Assembly: GCA_964016885.1 (NCBI GenBank)
Contig: OZ024748.1
Span: forward strand, 5,704,001-5,768,000
Source of the DNA: Eledone cirrhosa
Lineage: Eukaryota
DNA: 64,000 nt
Direction: 5' to 3'
Shown: positions 44,333-60,159 of the stretch, in pieces
Layout: every line of letters begins with the position of its first letter
Numbering within the stretch: position 1 is the first letter of the stretch
Program-made: the position numbers and the translations under genes
The notes under the pieces: generated by a model
What the model saw: the letters and a program-made list of their open reading frames with translations, nothing else
What the model was told of the DNA's origin: nothing
The model's database searches: none

Positions 44333-44964
44333 CCATGTATTTACTTGCTTTTATTTTATCTTCATTCCCAAGCGTGAATCTAATAAGACTGTGTTTCTCC
44401 ATATTTGTATATATGATTATATGTGTGTGTTATATGTATATATGATTATATGTGTGTGTTATATGTGATATATATGTGTGTGTTCTTTTATACACCTCAC
44501 TGTTATGGATCCAATCAATCTGTCAGCAGGTGGAACTATGACCAACGATACACGTATCGATAGCTGTATTGATTTCTTGTTCGTTATGTGGATGAAGCAA
44601 AAACAGAAATAAAGTGCTTCTCTATACAGTTCAATTATAACAACCTAATCAACAAGCTCATAATCATTATCGTCTCCATCGTCATCCTCAGCACAATCAC
44701 CACCTACGTTGTTCTCATCACCATCCACCTCCTCCTCATCATCATCGCTATCATCATCATCAACATCGTCATCGATTGCGTCTCCATCTTCACCACAATC
44801 ACCACCTACGCTGTCCTATTCCCCCCCCCCCTCCTCATCATCCTCGTCATCACTATCATCATCATCACCATCACCATCACCATCAGAGGCCTTCTTTATT
44901 CTCACTGTAACCCACCCATATAACTACAGACGTCTGTATTATATCATTGAAGTATTTACCAACT

Positions 44965-45185
44965 AAAGTCCTATAGCCTACCCCCACCCCATCCTCATAT
45001 CTGAGGTCGGGGTCGGACTCATGGACCAGCCCTCTCCATTTCCTCCTGTCTCTTGCCATTGCCGTATATTTCACCAAACTCCTTCCTGTCATTTCCTTAA
45101 TATCTTCTGTCCTTCTTTTCTAACGTCCCCTGGCCCTGACGACATGACCAAAATACTGAAGTTACCTCTTCCTATAGCCATAGAC
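44965..45185 (-). mobile_element. 3' fragment of an RTE-clade LINE
   Basis: Minus-strand translation has LQYFGHVVR..RGR...EDIKEMTG...ARDRRKWRGLV, the typical RTE ORF C-terminus; disrupted and internally deleted. Confidence 0.7.
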
Positions 45186-45750
45186 ATGATAGTGTAAAGG
45201 ATATATGTGATACGTTTGTTGGACCTTCTTCAGGTTCTGCCAACATGTATTCCGGTAGTTTGATCAACGGCTCCCCTTACTGGTCAAATTATCATGTAAA
45301 GGACTGCGCATTCTATGTACTTCTAAGACACATTCAGCGTGACCGGACTGTGACATTTATATTATAGTTACAACTCATTTTTGCCAACATATTGACCTGG
45401 AGCAACGTGAAATAAAGACACAAGTTGAATGAGAGTTTCCTTTTATCACTAAAGCATGAGACTTCACGAAGACAACGACATTTGAAATATTCTAAGTGAC
45501 TTGAGCAGTTGGTTGTATCTTCAGTATTCCTATGAATTATTGTTTGAAATGGTAAACGTTTCATTGAATGTTAGATTTTAGATGTAAAATAAAATACTAA
45601 AATAAAATTTTAAATGGATATCCGTCGGTCTCGACGATGATTATTCTTTTGTTCGATCCACTGAACTACCTGCTCAAGAAGCAAAACAGAAAACATTGAA
45701 TAATTTAAACAAAAAATAACATTTACATATAACTACTTTCTTTCATATAT

Positions 45751-45908
<158 letters not shown>

Positions 45909-46381
45909 GCTGACACACACATACACACATAACATTACTTTAAGGAACAACGGTCACTTTTGTTTTAGCAATAATTGCGCTAAATGTTTTAGTTTCTCTC
46001 ACCTTACATCATATACGACAAGACAGAACAGAAAGTAAGGCCAATACACAGCGAAATATCCACCCAGCTTCCACAGGCACCATGCAATGTTAACATAAGG
46101 TTAGAACAAGTAAGACAATGTGAATCAATTACTGGGCTGTTTGAATTGTATTTGACACCAATATTCAACGAAGTTTTTCTTCACGAATACTTACAAGACA
46201 AGGAAATATTATTCTGGATAATCATGTTCCGAAACAATTCACTTTGTTTTAGATTGTCATAATATTACCATTCCTTACTCTCTCACAGACGAACCAAAAC
46301 ACACATAAAGAAAAAGCATGCACACACACAGTCACACTCACAAACACAAGCATATATATATATATTTATAAATATATACAA

Positions 46382-46417
<36 letters not shown>

Positions 46418-47382
46418 GTATTCATACTCAAACACACACACATACACATACATATATATGGGTAAGAAAATAGAGATATAGATAAATATAGGTAGATATT
46501 TAAAGAGACAAATAAAATGGTACAAATTATGTTTTGCATATTTATAAATTGGTGCAAATATTCACACGAGAATCTAAGAAAAAAAGAAATGTAAAATTGT
46601 TAAATTAAAATAATAAAATCAAATAAATCAAAACAAACAAAAAATGCATACCCCCTCAGCCACACACACAAGCATGCGCGCGCAAAATATTAGTTTAGCA
46701 GTATGATCGATATATTAATATTTATATAGTGTTAGTGATTAAATATATGTGAGAAAAAAAATGACAGCAGCAAGATAGAAATATAGAGTATGTTAGTATT
46801 GTGTTATTGGTGTCAGAAATCCAAAGACAAGAGGAAGAAGGATTGTGATATAGACAGAAATTCAGAAATCGAAAAGCAGAGACAAACAGATTTACTGTCT
46901 GACAAAGAGAAGGTAGTGTTAGGGTGTTAAAATGGTTCCACGAAGAATGTTCACTTACCAATTTCTTCCAGAATTAAAGGATCTGTAATGAAAAGATTCT
47001 TATCAATTACTCTACGTTGAAAGGAAATTTGTAATAAGTTTGCTTAGAATGTATGTAAAGAAAGAAATTAAGAGAAAGACTGGAATAAGTGAGATTTGAC
47101 GTGAAGTGACGTGATTTGACGTGAACAACAGGTTGTTTTAAGATGGAAAGTTCAATATCTAGGTCAATAATATCGTATAAGAAACTGTGTGGGGTGTTGT
47201 TGGAGTGATAAATATAAAGTGGGGTGTACATCTGTGTAGCAAGCGATGAATCTGTATATAAATATATATATATATATAATATATATATATATATAATATA
47301 TATATATATAATATATATGTAAATATATATATATATATATATAATAGAAGTAGTAACACAACAGTTAGTTCACCATACCGAG

Positions 47383-47414
47383 AACAATTGTTTCACCGTA
47401 TGCGGATTTTCAGC
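47383..47414 (-). ncRNA. Degenerate hammerhead-like motif in a short TA-flanked fragment
   Basis: Minus: CUGAAAA(one core mismatch)-UCCG-CAUA-CGGU-GAAA-CAAUUGUU; palindromic stem III ACAAUUGU; 5' stem I lost at the TA tract. Confidence 0.35.
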
Positions 47415-47663
47415 ATATATAATATATATATATATATGATATGTATATATATATGATATATATATATATATATATTATATATATGATATATATATATATG
47501 ATATATATATATGATATATATATATATGATATATATATATATGATATATATATATATGATATATATATTGATATATATATATATGATATATATATATATG
47601 ATATATATATATGATATATATATATATGATATATATATATGATATATATATATGATATATATA

Positions 47664-47723
<60 letters not shown>

Positions 47724-48423
47724 CATATATATCGATGTGTGTGTATGTATGTATATGTGGGTGTAGGTGTGCGTGTGAATTCACACTACGAATATATGAA
47801 AAAAAGGTTTTGATAAACTGGAACACTGTGGTGAACCTAATACAGAACATACACACGCACAGAGTGGGCTGTCTGCATGTATACATATATATCAAACGTA
47901 TATATGTATATATAAATACATATACATTCGTTTCTTTACATAAATGTGAGTGTACATCAATGAGTTTTTATATACGATCGATGTCTACATGACATATTCA
48001 CTTCTGAACCACGAGAGGCAAGGTACGAAAACATAATAACTTCCTTGACAAGGGCTACAATGTTTGGCATGTAATCTCAATGAGAGAATATTGCAGACAT
48101 GTTTGTTTGCTATCATCCTTCGAATATATTTGACAAGACGCCATCTTGTCTGCTTTATACAGACGAATTTATCACACCCGTCTCGACACTCTCAGTGTGA
48201 AGAGTTAAAATAATTCCACCATTGGTTATATGCAATGCTGTAAGAAATTCCACCAATCAACCACCCGGAATGTTCCATGATATATACTGTTATAATTGTA
48301 AAGTATGAAAATTTCGAATTTCAGCAATGTTGATAAACGACAAAATACACAGAAACAGTTATTTTAACGTGGTATGTATCTATGTATGTATGTGGGCGTA
48401 TATTTATATATATATATATATAT

Positions 48424-48686
48424 ATTTCGTTTCTGAATTTGTTTAGCAAGATTCTTTATCTGAAAACGTGTGTTGAAACCGATATTGTTATACTTTGGGA
48501 GGGTGATGTTGCCAATAAGAAACACACGCACCAGTTGCTTTCACTTCAAGAGGTCACAGAATGAGTAACGAAAGAACTTTGACAATATATAAACAATCAT
48601 CTGGTTGTGGAACCAACCAACCAGCCGGAAATTTATAAATTCCTAAATTTATAAATTTATTATAATAAATTGAAGTGAAAAAAACT

Positions 48687-48690
<4 letters not shown>
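48424..48690 (-). mobile_element. Fragment (3' tail/pLTR end) of a related PLE family between (TA)n tracts
   Basis: 48424-48505 minus translates TLPKYNNIGFNTRFQIKNLAKQIQKRN, versus TLPKYNNICFDTRFHIKNLAKLIHRRY in the intact element. Right boundary approximate. Confidence 0.8.
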
Positions 48691-48785
<95 letters not shown>

Positions 48786-48792
48786 AAATATA

Positions 48793-48830
<38 letters not shown>

Positions 48831-48847
48831 TTATATATGTATATATG

Positions 48848-48878
<31 letters not shown>

Positions 48879-48915
48879 ATATATGTATATATATATATAT
48901 ATAATATAAATATAA

Positions 48916-49025
<110 letters not shown>

Positions 49026-49312
49026 GTGTGTGTGTGTGTGTGTATACATGTATATACATATAAAATATGTATAAATATCTAAATATCTATATATACATAA
49101 ATATATATATATGACTTTGTGTGTTTGAGTGTGTGCCTAGTGGGAGGGATATTAGTTGTAGTTATATTTCAAGTAGATATTAACCGGTCTATTAAGTAGG
49201 ACAAGGGTACTGCATTGCCGGTTTAAGCAACGATATCTCCTGCCGTGTGTAACTACAAGTTTGTCTTGTATGTTTTGAGTGGCATAGAAGTTAATAGAAA
49301 ACAACGAGAACG

Positions 49313-49426
49313 GAAGAAGAAGAAGAAGAAGAAGAAGAAGAAGAAGAAGAAGAAGAAGAAGAAGAAGAAGAAGAAGAAGAAGAAGAAGAAGAAGAAGAAG
49401 AAGAAGAAGAAGAAGAAGAAGAAGAA
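49313..49426. repeat. (GAA)n microsatellite
   Basis: Direct reading. Confidence 0.95.
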
Positions 49427-49573
49427 AGACAACAACAACAACAACACCATCAGCAACAATAACTAGATGAACAACATTAGAAATAATATTGCACATGCCC
49501 AAAGCGCTCAAAACTGTGCTCGGTAGTGAAATAACGACACACTATAAAAAATATGACAAAAAATAGTAATAAC

Positions 49574-49752
49574 AATTGTTTCTCCTTTTGGCACAAGGCC
49601 AGCAATTATCACTGTGAATTACTGGTACTTTTATTTTATCGACCCCCGTAAGGATGAAAGGCAAAGTTTACCTCTGCGAGATTTGAACTCAGTCCGTAAA
49701 AGGACGTAACTATGCTGGAAAGCATGTCCGATACTCTACCGATGATGCCAAT
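49574..49752 (-). mobile_element. tRNA-derived SINE
   Basis: Same family, reverse orientation. Confidence 0.85.
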
Positions 49753-50030
49753 TCAGTAATAATAATGATGATTCGGTTTATTAGCCACAAGGGCTGCTGA
49801 GGTTGAGAAGAATACTAGAATGGAATGTAACACGAAATTGTAGTCTGCGCCCAGTAGAAGCAATAAATATAAGATAAAAAAATGTATAATAAAATTCAGC
49901 CATGAAACTATCCACGATATGCGGTGTCAACTCATCTAGACATTCCAAGTATAAATCCCTATAAATATCTCACATTACACTATCACATTAAGGGCACTCA
50001 ATGTACCCTCTCTAAATTGGGTTATTTTAT

Positions 50031-50220
50031 AATTGGTTCTACTTTTGACACAAGGCCAGCAATTACCCCAGTTTATTACTGGTACTTTATTTTATCGACC
50101 CCGTAAGGTTGAAAGGCAAAGTTAGCCTCGGCGGGATTTGAACTCAGAATGGCAAGGGCCGTAACTCTATGCGTCAAAGCATGGTGTCCGACCATCCACC
50201 GATTCTGCCAATCCACCGCC
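50031..50220 (-). mobile_element. tRNA-derived SINE, full length
   Basis: Same family; head ends ...CCAATCCACCGCC. Confidence 0.88.
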
Positions 50221-50295
50221 CTTGGGCTATTTTATAATAATGCACCTTATGTGCGCGTTTACTTATTTTGAAGATGGACTGTGCATGCAAATTTG

Positions 50296-50389
50296 GATTT
50301 AGATCTTGGGAGGCCCATGGCACTGGTGGGGTCCCCACTGCAGGAGGCCTGGGGCAAATGCCCACTTTGATCCCGCTCATTAAATCTGG
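50296..50389. mobile_element. Possible short GC-rich non-autonomous DNA transposon remnant
   Basis: GGATTTAG...TTAAATCT inverted ends around a GGCCC/GGGGCAAATGCCC-rich body that stands out from its AT-rich surroundings. Confidence 0.35.
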
Positions 50390-51149
50390 TTAATTTCATG
50401 AACATTGAAATCCTTTGTAACACTCATCGTCGAATGTGACGGAAGAGTTCCATTGCATGAATGAGTGAGTTTGTGTTCGTCTGAGTGTGTATAACTCTGT
50501 GTGTGTGTGCGTGCCTGTGTATGTGTGTGCCTGTGTGTGTGTATATTCGTGTGTGCTTTCCAGTCTTAAAGAAAATTAAATTAAAGTTTAAACATTTTCT
50601 CACGTCATTACATTTGAATATTTCTAATCTTTAACATCTTCTATATTTTATTTAATACTTTAATTTTTTTTTTGAAATATATAAGACTAACTAATACTTA
50701 CATCGAAATATAGAAGATTGTAACATATTTTCCAAACCTATAAAGTAGCCTCAAAATATCTCTTTCATCATAGACAAAAAGAAAGCATAAAGACAAAAAT
50801 CATTGAAGTGATCTGCCCGTAAATGTGGTTCGTGCATGACGATAATTAAAAAAAATGTTATATTTGCTCTGGTGATAGTTGCCACTATCATGATCTAAAA
50901 GACTTATGCGGTTATATCGTTTACATTTCGTGGTATTTTGAACGAAATAAAGATGCAAACATACTTCAATGTCCCTTTGTTCTTTTCTGATTTAATAATG
51001 TAATGAAGAAAAATAAAGCATAAGAAATATGAAAATAAATATATTTTAAAAAAAACGTGATAATAATAATGTCACTTGACGCAATATATAGGAAAGATAA
51101 GTTTTAATTTTAGTTAAAGAGAAATATATATATATATTTACATGTATGT

Positions 51150-51213
<64 letters not shown>

Positions 51214-51603
51214 CTGTGTGTGTATGTGTATACATTTCTATATTTAAGTTTGATGTAAAAGTTATAGTTGGTTACTTGATATCAGTTTAAAGTATTATTT
51301 TACTACTAACTCAACTATAAACACATCCGCAAATCTACACGTACACATACACACATACACACACGCACACACAGATATCGATATATATATATACAATGGA
51401 TAGATAACCATATATTTAATTACATTATTCAATAGATTTACGTATGTTTCTTTCAATTACAGAAGGAAGTAACATTTTATTACTCTGTAGTGAAATCCTC
51501 AGAATGATTAAACAATACAAAAAGATAATTATTTACCCACACCATATCCGAATACTTCCAAATTCGAAAACGTAAAAATATCACTCAGATAAAAGTATTT
51601 AAT

Positions 51604-52041
51604 TATTGTTTCTACTTTTGGCACAAGGCCAGCAATTACCCTATTGTATTACTGGTACTTTATTTTATCGACCCCATAACGACGAAAGGCAAATATTACT
51701 ACACGGTGGTGGATAATTTAGAAAAGTTAGATGGGCAGACAAAATGCCTGCAGCATATATTTGCAGTTTTTTTCGTTCTGAGTTTAAATCACCTCGTAGT
51801 CTACATTGCGTTTTCATTTTCTGTGGTGATAGAGGCGTTATCTATTACTAGTAAAGTACAAGAATCGATATATATATAGATAATTGTTTCTACTTTTGAC
51901 ACAAGGCCAGCAAATATCCCAGTACATTACTGCTGCTTAATTTTATCGACTCCGTAAGGATGAAAGGCAAAGTTAACCTCGGCGGGATTTGAACTCAAAG
52001 CATGGTGTCCGACCCTCTACCGATACTGCCAATCCACCGCC
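51604..52041. mobile_element. SINE cluster: partial minus copy (51604-51692), diverged plus copy (~51706-51860), minus copy with internal deletion (51883-52041)
   Basis: Core and tail matches to the other copies. Confidence 0.75.
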
Positions 52042-52558
52042 AAATATATATATTATATATGTATATAATGCATTATAAACGACATTGGAATTATTTTAGT
52101 AGAAAAACCAAGATAATCTGAAGCTAAGACTACATCATCATATAATTGTTCTTAGCAGAAAATGGAGGCATTTATCGTATCGTATATTGTGTAGTCATGT
52201 TGACCTTATATAGCATCAAGATAACCCTACTTACACACTTTCACACACAGATATATACACATGCATGTAGAAACACAAAGACTTTTACATATAGATAAAT
52301 CGATAAATGACTGTGTACATATTGATAAATCAATTGATAGAAAAGTGTCTATGTGCTGTTGATTCTCTAAATAGGTTTGTATGTATGTATATATGCATAT
52401 AATGTCTGTATGTATGTAAATGTAAGCTTACCTTCATTACCTTAATTAAATACAGCTTATTTATTAGAAAGCACTCTTAGATTTTATGACAAAATTAGTC
52501 CTTGTACACCTGTATGTATGTATGTATGTATGTATGTATGTATGTATGTATGTATGTA

Positions 52559-52601
<43 letters not shown>

Positions 52602-52781
52602 CCCTTGTGACTGCTTCTACGAATATACTTTGTAATTGTACTATGTTGTTTGCTTTATTTTTTCTGTTTCGACAGCTATATATATATATATATAAATACA
52701 CACAAATACACACACACACACTCACACGCACACAAACCACATTCACACATATATATATATATGCTGGAAATGATTGTTGAT

Positions 52782-52971
52782 AATTATTTCTACTTTTGGC
52801 ACAAGGCCAGCAATTATCCCAGTGCATTACTGCTACTTTATTTTGTCGACCCCGTAAGGATGAAAGGCAAAGTTAACCCTGGCGGGATTTGAACTCAGGT
52901 CATAAAGGGCCGTAACTCATTGCTGCAAAGCATGGCGTCCGACCCTCTACCGATACTGCCAATCCACCGCC
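52782..52971 (-). mobile_element. tRNA-derived SINE, full length
   Basis: Same family. Confidence 0.88.
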
Positions 52972-54409
52972 CGATGATTGTTAATAATGTACACTTATTT
53001 GTAAGCCATGTCAGCACGTATGTCCATGTTTGCTTTCCTGTCTATCCCATGAAATATAAATCATTATATGTTAATAAAAGCTTCGTTAGAATAGAATTGA
53101 GTGTGATCTGTAAAATATGGTTAAATTAGATAATTTATGTATAGAATCTAGAAAATAATGTAAATTCAAATAATAATTGTTAAGAGAATAGCTTGTGAAT
53201 TCAGAGACTACGACTAAACTTGTAAACGTCACTTCGTTTATTTATTTTTAACATTTGTGTTGGTATCCATATGTTGTAGCTCTGCAAGGCTGGTGTTTAA
53301 CTGTTGGTAGATGTAGCAGATATCTTTATTTCATACTGCCACTATGAAGTGGAACATTACGTTAGAGTGCTGTATGTGCTTAGGCACGAAGATCATATTT
53401 TTCAAAACTGTCGCTCGTATGAAATGATTCACCCTGTCAAAAGTCAAGCATCGACACTTCACTTTTGATTGAGTTGTAGTGTCGTCGACCTGAAACATAG
53501 CATATCTTCGATATTTACACCTGGCGGAGCCCATCCGTCTCTAAGTCTGAACATATCTGATTTCTTACAGAAAGAGAGAATGTGGAAGTGAGAATGTTGT
53601 GGATGTGACAAAAATAGAGGAAGTACTAGTACGTAATTTATCATATCTAAAGAAGAAATGTCTATGCGGGATTTGAACGAAGAAAGTCGCTTAAAATACG
53701 ACGAAGTATTCTAACCGATATTTTACCGAATCTGCTTCAGTAGTAAAGATATATATTTGTGATCTAGGTTTTAAAGGTGTCTTAGACATCTACGATTTCT
53801 GGCTACTGCATGTCATGCTGAGCAAATATTTCAAACCGTTGCCGCAAGTCTAAGCAAACATTGTGTATTAAATTGTGTACAGAAATTGTGGAAGACCCTA
53901 GAATGAATTTGGCCAGTAATTGAAAGGCTCAGACATGGTCGCATATTTATCTCCAGAATAGACGTGTCTGGAACTCTCAAACATTTACACTATATTGCAA
54001 TTAGGAGGAAACTCAGTTGATGAAACAACTAACATAATCATCGTAGGAACTGATGGAGTCCATACGTATATAAATATAAAATATATGATGTGAAGTGATA
54101 GAGTAATATACAGGGTGATAGGAGAGTTATAGATATAGATTCAGTTATATCGATCTATACCACTCCCTGATGACATATATACATTTGTAATAATGTATAC
54201 ATACGTACACACACATATAGTATATATTTATATAAATTGATATACACTCATAGATACATACGCAGATATATGCGTGTTCTGTATATACGTTCGATATTTA
54301 AGTGTATAGGTGAAAAATTAGACACGCACGCAATTATGGAAATGGGAATAGTACGAGTAGAAAATGGAAAATGATGAAAAGATTGAAGAGGTTGAAAAGG
54401 AAAGATAAC

Positions 54410-54466
<57 letters not shown>

Positions 54467-54653
54467 CACACCCTTTTCTCTTTCTCTCTCTATCCCCTTC
54501 TCTCTCTCGTCTTCTCCCTATTTGCCTCCAATGGTCTAACATTCTTGTTACGTAAATTGACAACCTTCAGAGACATGAGATAGACAATCATAAAGAAAAG
54601 AATATATAGGTAGATAGATAGATAAATAGATAGATAGATAGATAGATAGATAT

Positions 54654-54692
<39 letters not shown>

Positions 54693-54853
54693 TATAGATA
54701 GATATATAGATAGATAGAGAAATGTCACGACACAAAGTGTCGGGTGTGAGAAAATGTGATCAAATCATGGGAATGATAGAGAATAAATCAAAAAGATATA
54801 ATAAGTGTGTAGGGAACAGCGTGCTGGAAAATGAGGTTGAGAAACAGAGAGAG

Positions 54854-54930
<77 letters not shown>

Positions 54931-55313
54931 CCGGGGTGGGGGGATAAACAGACCAGACAAACAGACAGACTGAATGAGACAGACAGACAGACATAGAGAA
55001 AGAAAGAGTGTGCACGCGACATCGTGTTGGTTGTTTAGCTGGTCTCACCCAACGGAATACCTTACCATATAGAATGTCTCTCCGCGAGTTAATTGCGTTT
55101 TGACATATTAGTCTGCTGACGGTGATTGAACTTCCATACCACAGCTCACCTAGGAATCAAAACCAATTTCATAAATTGCTAATCAGACTCTTGATGAGGA
55201 TTATCCGCACTTATATTATATCACCCTAGTTTGGTTTGGGGGAAACAAAAACAAGTTTGTGAAATATTTGTATTCTATTCTGTAAAATGAATGGGGCGTG
55301 TCGTAGCAAGATC

Positions 55314-55398
<85 letters not shown>

Positions 55399-55422
55399 CT
55401 GTGTGTGTGTGTGTATATATAC

Positions 55423-55469
<47 letters not shown>

Positions 55470-55512
55470 AACATACATAAGTAAACACACACATATATAT
55501 ATATACACATAA

Positions 55513-55581
<69 letters not shown>

Positions 55582-56136
55582 CATGTGTGTGTGGAGGGAA
55601 AGACAGAGAGAGTGAGAGAGAAGCGTGTATAAAGACAGTTTTCAGACATTCCCTGTAAGCTCACTTTAGCATATATATACAACCATTCCAAAATAATGTA
55701 TGTTTATACATATACCTATAAATATATACAACTCTCGGTTGTACTTAATTGAAATCTGAGACACTAAAGATACTCTTCTCCATCCCTACTATAATAAATA
55801 AATAAACTAAGAAAGGAAAAATTGAAATACAGAAAGACTAACAGAATTATAGGTAGACGGGAAAAATCCAAATGATTATGAGAAAGACAGGAGAAAGAAT
55901 GTGAAAGAGAGAGAGAGTGTGTGTGTAAGAGAGAGAGTGAGAGAGAGAGAGTAAGAGAAAGAGAGAGAGAGCGAACGAGAGAGAGGGAGAGAGAGAGAGA
56001 GAGAATGATTTCACACTTTATTTACACATAAACATGTAAATTTGACTCTCTCTTATATCATATTCAATAATTTCTGTCTATCAACTCTTAAACACAAAAA
56101 TACCTACTATTAAGTTCCCATGAATATATATAAGTG

Positions 56137-56216
<80 letters not shown>

Positions 56217-56624
56217 CATTTATATATATATATATCAAAGTAATCGTGGTTATTATAGTATAGCAAAAAAGGGGAAACCAACAAAAATAACAACAACACT
56301 AACAATGACAGCAATAAGAAAATATATGAATGAAAATGATATGAATAGATTTAAAGAATAGTTGTATTTGTTGCATGTTTTAGTTGATAGTTTTGTAATT
56401 GTTGTTGTCGTTAATATTACTCTTGTTGGTGTTGTTGTTTTTGTTGTGGCTATATACGAGGAAACATTCGTGTTTTGTAGCAAACGATTGGTGGAAATGC
56501 GCATGGCTGGTTACAGGAAGCAGTAAAACTCGTCATATATGATTTTTGGTTGTTTTTACTGTATATATATATATATATTTTTTTTTTAATATATATATAT
56601 ATATACATACATACATACATACAT

Positions 56625-56685
<61 letters not shown>

Positions 56686-56879
56686 ATATATATATATATA
56701 TATGAATATACACACACACGTATATATATATAAACACACACATGTGTGTATGTCTGTACACGCCCATGTATGTATGTAATTGTACTCATGTATGTATAGA
56801 AAAACTATTAAAAGAAATATATAAATAATAAACTAAATAAATCACCACTACGGTTACTACTACTATTACTAATAATAAT

Positions 56880-57095
56880 AGTTGTTCCTACTTTAGGCAC
56901 AAGGCTAACAAATTTGGGGAGAGGAGAAAGTCAATTACATCGACCCCAGAGCATGACTGGTAATTTATTTCATCGACGCTGTAAGGATGAAAGGCAAAGC
57001 TAACCTCGGTGTGATTTGAACATAGAACTTAAAGGACCATAATTGTATACCTGGAAACATATTGGCCAATTCACAACCGATAATGCCAAACAACC
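56880..57095 (-). mobile_element. SINE, older long variant
   Basis: Same organisation as 892-1104, with the extra GTCAATTACATCGACCCCAG segment. Confidence 0.7.
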
Positions 57096-57534
57096 ATTCT
57101 ACAGTTTGATATTTTTCCGAAAATATATATTTCCTAATTACAGTTTTTTCACCATTTGCGTAATGTATTCCAATATACAGGAAACCAGAGAGGAAGGTAA
57201 TTGTGCGGTCATGGCCTGGACAATTTTGATCGCGATAGGGCTACTCAATCAGTGTCGGATTAGAGATGAGTTACAACAACAATAAAAAAAACATCAGAAT
57301 TTCCTGTACGTTATGAAATAAGCAAAATATTAGCCAATGCTAAACCACTTACCTATAAATATGCTACCATCTAAATAAGTTTAAACAGCTATCTATATAT
57401 TTGTCTATCTAGCTATCTAACTATCTATCTATATCTCTGTCTGTCAATCTATCAGATTCTCACTCTGTCTCTAGATATCTAAAAAAGAAAGACAGTCAAT
57501 CAGACACACATACACACATGCCCACCGGCATATT

Positions 57535-57565
<31 letters not shown>

Positions 57566-57652
57566 TAACTACTTTTCCCATCTTGACGTTATAGTCGCAT
57601 ATATGTTATAGAATGCCGTTAGCTTCTTGCTAAAACAATCTCTATACGTCTC

Positions 57653-57723
<71 letters not shown>

Positions 57724-58589
57724 CACGCAGATAAGGGGTGTGCCCATAAACATTCAGAATAAAACCCGGGTTTAGTAATAGAAGCAACGAAGGACGTTGT
57801 ATGAAAAATTATATTGATATTTACAAATGATAAAATACGCAACATATATTGTACAAAACACATCCATTTTGGTTTGCATGAATATTCTTTTAGATAGAAA
57901 ATTAATTCGAAGAAGGTTCTGCTTTCTAAGCAGGAACAAATAACAGATTGGAAGCGAATCTCTTTTGCTTTTCATAGGAATATATGAAGAAAACGCAATA
58001 CAAAAGATGGTGAAGGCAAAGTAGAAATCCTTCATCAATGCAAAAGCTGTATTCTTTATAGAATTCAATATGGTAAAGTGAAATTCTCTACGTTATTAGA
58101 ACAATGACCACCATGCGCAGTAACAATTATGTGTGTGTATTTATATGTGTTATGCAATATAATGGTAATATTACATAGATAGATTTAAAGATAGATAGAT
58201 AGATGGATGGATGGATGGAGATTACACCTGCTTGTCGAATACTCAAACACACGTGAGGTAATGTCGCAAGCAAGATACTCATTTGAATTAAGGAGAATAT
58301 TCCTCTTCGAAATCGCTATAGGTATAATTTCACATAAGCACATACACATACACTTACAAACATACATACTTACAAACATACATACATTCATAAGTATACA
58401 TAGTTACAAAATTGACATAAACAGGTTCTTAAGTTTCGTTGGGTTCTGCACCCCAATTCATTCAGCCTGTCATAAGAAAATAGTAGAGGTGTGTGCCCAT
58501 ATAGATGCCGAATGAAACCCTTGTAAGGTAACCACAAATTCAATATACAGTGGTAACTAGTACTGCACCCGAAACTTAAAGCTGCACAT

Positions 58590-58840
58590 ACATGTTGAGT
58601 GTATGACATGGTTTTCCACCTAGAAAGTTTCCATCCGAGGTACAAGCCTTGGCGAGGTTTGATTGAGGAAGACCAGCAGTGACCCATGCATATCTGTCTC
58701 CCGTCTCCATTCCAACGATGTTCTCCAAGGGAAAGGCAATGGCCGATATAGCTTGGCACCCGTGACGTCGCAACTCATTGAGTAAACTGGAACTGAGTGA
58801 ACTAGACCACAAGGACTCAACGTAAAGTAAACTAATACAC
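58590..58840. repeat. Degenerate interspersed repeat (SINE-like; related block at ~45330-45425)
   Basis: Shared CAACTCATT...CTGGA...CAACGT(G/A)AA(A/G)TAAA blocks at both loci. Confidence 0.35.
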
Positions 58841-58920
58841 AAATATCCAGGTCGAATTTCATATTGGCTCTGAATGCTTAAACTGGTGGACCAATAGTAA
58901 CTAAATGTTACACACCAATA

Positions 58921-58995
<75 letters not shown>

Positions 58996-59720
58996 TATGT
59001 ATATACATACTTATATAAATACATGCATGCATGCAAACAATCATACGATATACATAGAAACATATTCACATGTGAACGTACATACATACACACATACAAA
59101 CATTCATGATTACATACAAACATACATACATGTGTACTTATGTACATACATACATAGGCATGTGTGAGTTGGCTAAGTGCATGCGAGAGAGTGTGTGTAT
59201 GTGTATGTGTGTGAATAGGGGAAGCTGTACTTATGTATATTTCTTGCATTTACTTATTAGTTTAATTTACTTAGTATCTGTATTAATAGTAGTGTCAATG
59301 ATGGACGACTATTGACCAATGCTACGTCTCCTAATATACCATCATACCCCCTCTCTTTCGAACTCCTCCTCCTCCCCCTCCTCCTCGACTCCATTGTCCA
59401 CGCTGTTGTGATTTACTTATGATCTTTAATCCATAATACACCATTAGTTTAATAACAATCATCTGACGCCATGTTGAATTAAAAGTCTACACAATGGTAG
59501 GAAAAGAAGTCTTAATCCGCCAATGTATACATTCTATTGTTGCACTTCTTTGGGTTTATAGGTGTACTTTCCTGTTACAATTTCGAGGTATTGTTAGTCA
59601 TATTTGTGTCTATGTACGTATGTATATATATATGTGTATGCATGTATGTATGTATGTATGTATGTATGTATGTATGTATGTATGTATGTATGTATGTATG
59701 TATGTATACATAGATATATT

Positions 59721-59800
59721 TAGATCAGATTGGATCCGGATGAGTTCGTATCTAGCTGTTGAAACGGTCGGAGATCAGCCGTCGAGGTCCTGAATTGTTC
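59721..59800 (+). mobile_element. Degenerate, non-folded copy of family B element
   Basis: GAGTTCGTATCTAGCTGTTGAAACGGTCGGAGATCAGCCGTCGAGGTCCTGAAT matches 3153-3207. Confidence 0.65.
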
Positions 59801-59879
59801 ATATATATATATATATACATATATACACATATATTCATATATATATATATATACATAAATATACACACATATATTCACA

Positions 59880-59950
<71 letters not shown>

Positions 59951-60085
59951 AAGGCGGGTAAAATTCCCGAGATCCATGGACGAATTCTCTCCAGCGGTCT
60001 CTGTCCCTCATTATCGCTGCCATATCCTGCATCTCCAACAGACCAGTATATATATATATACGCACAAATGTACACACACACACAC

Positions 60086-60157
<72 letters not shown>

Positions 60158-60159
<2 letters not shown>

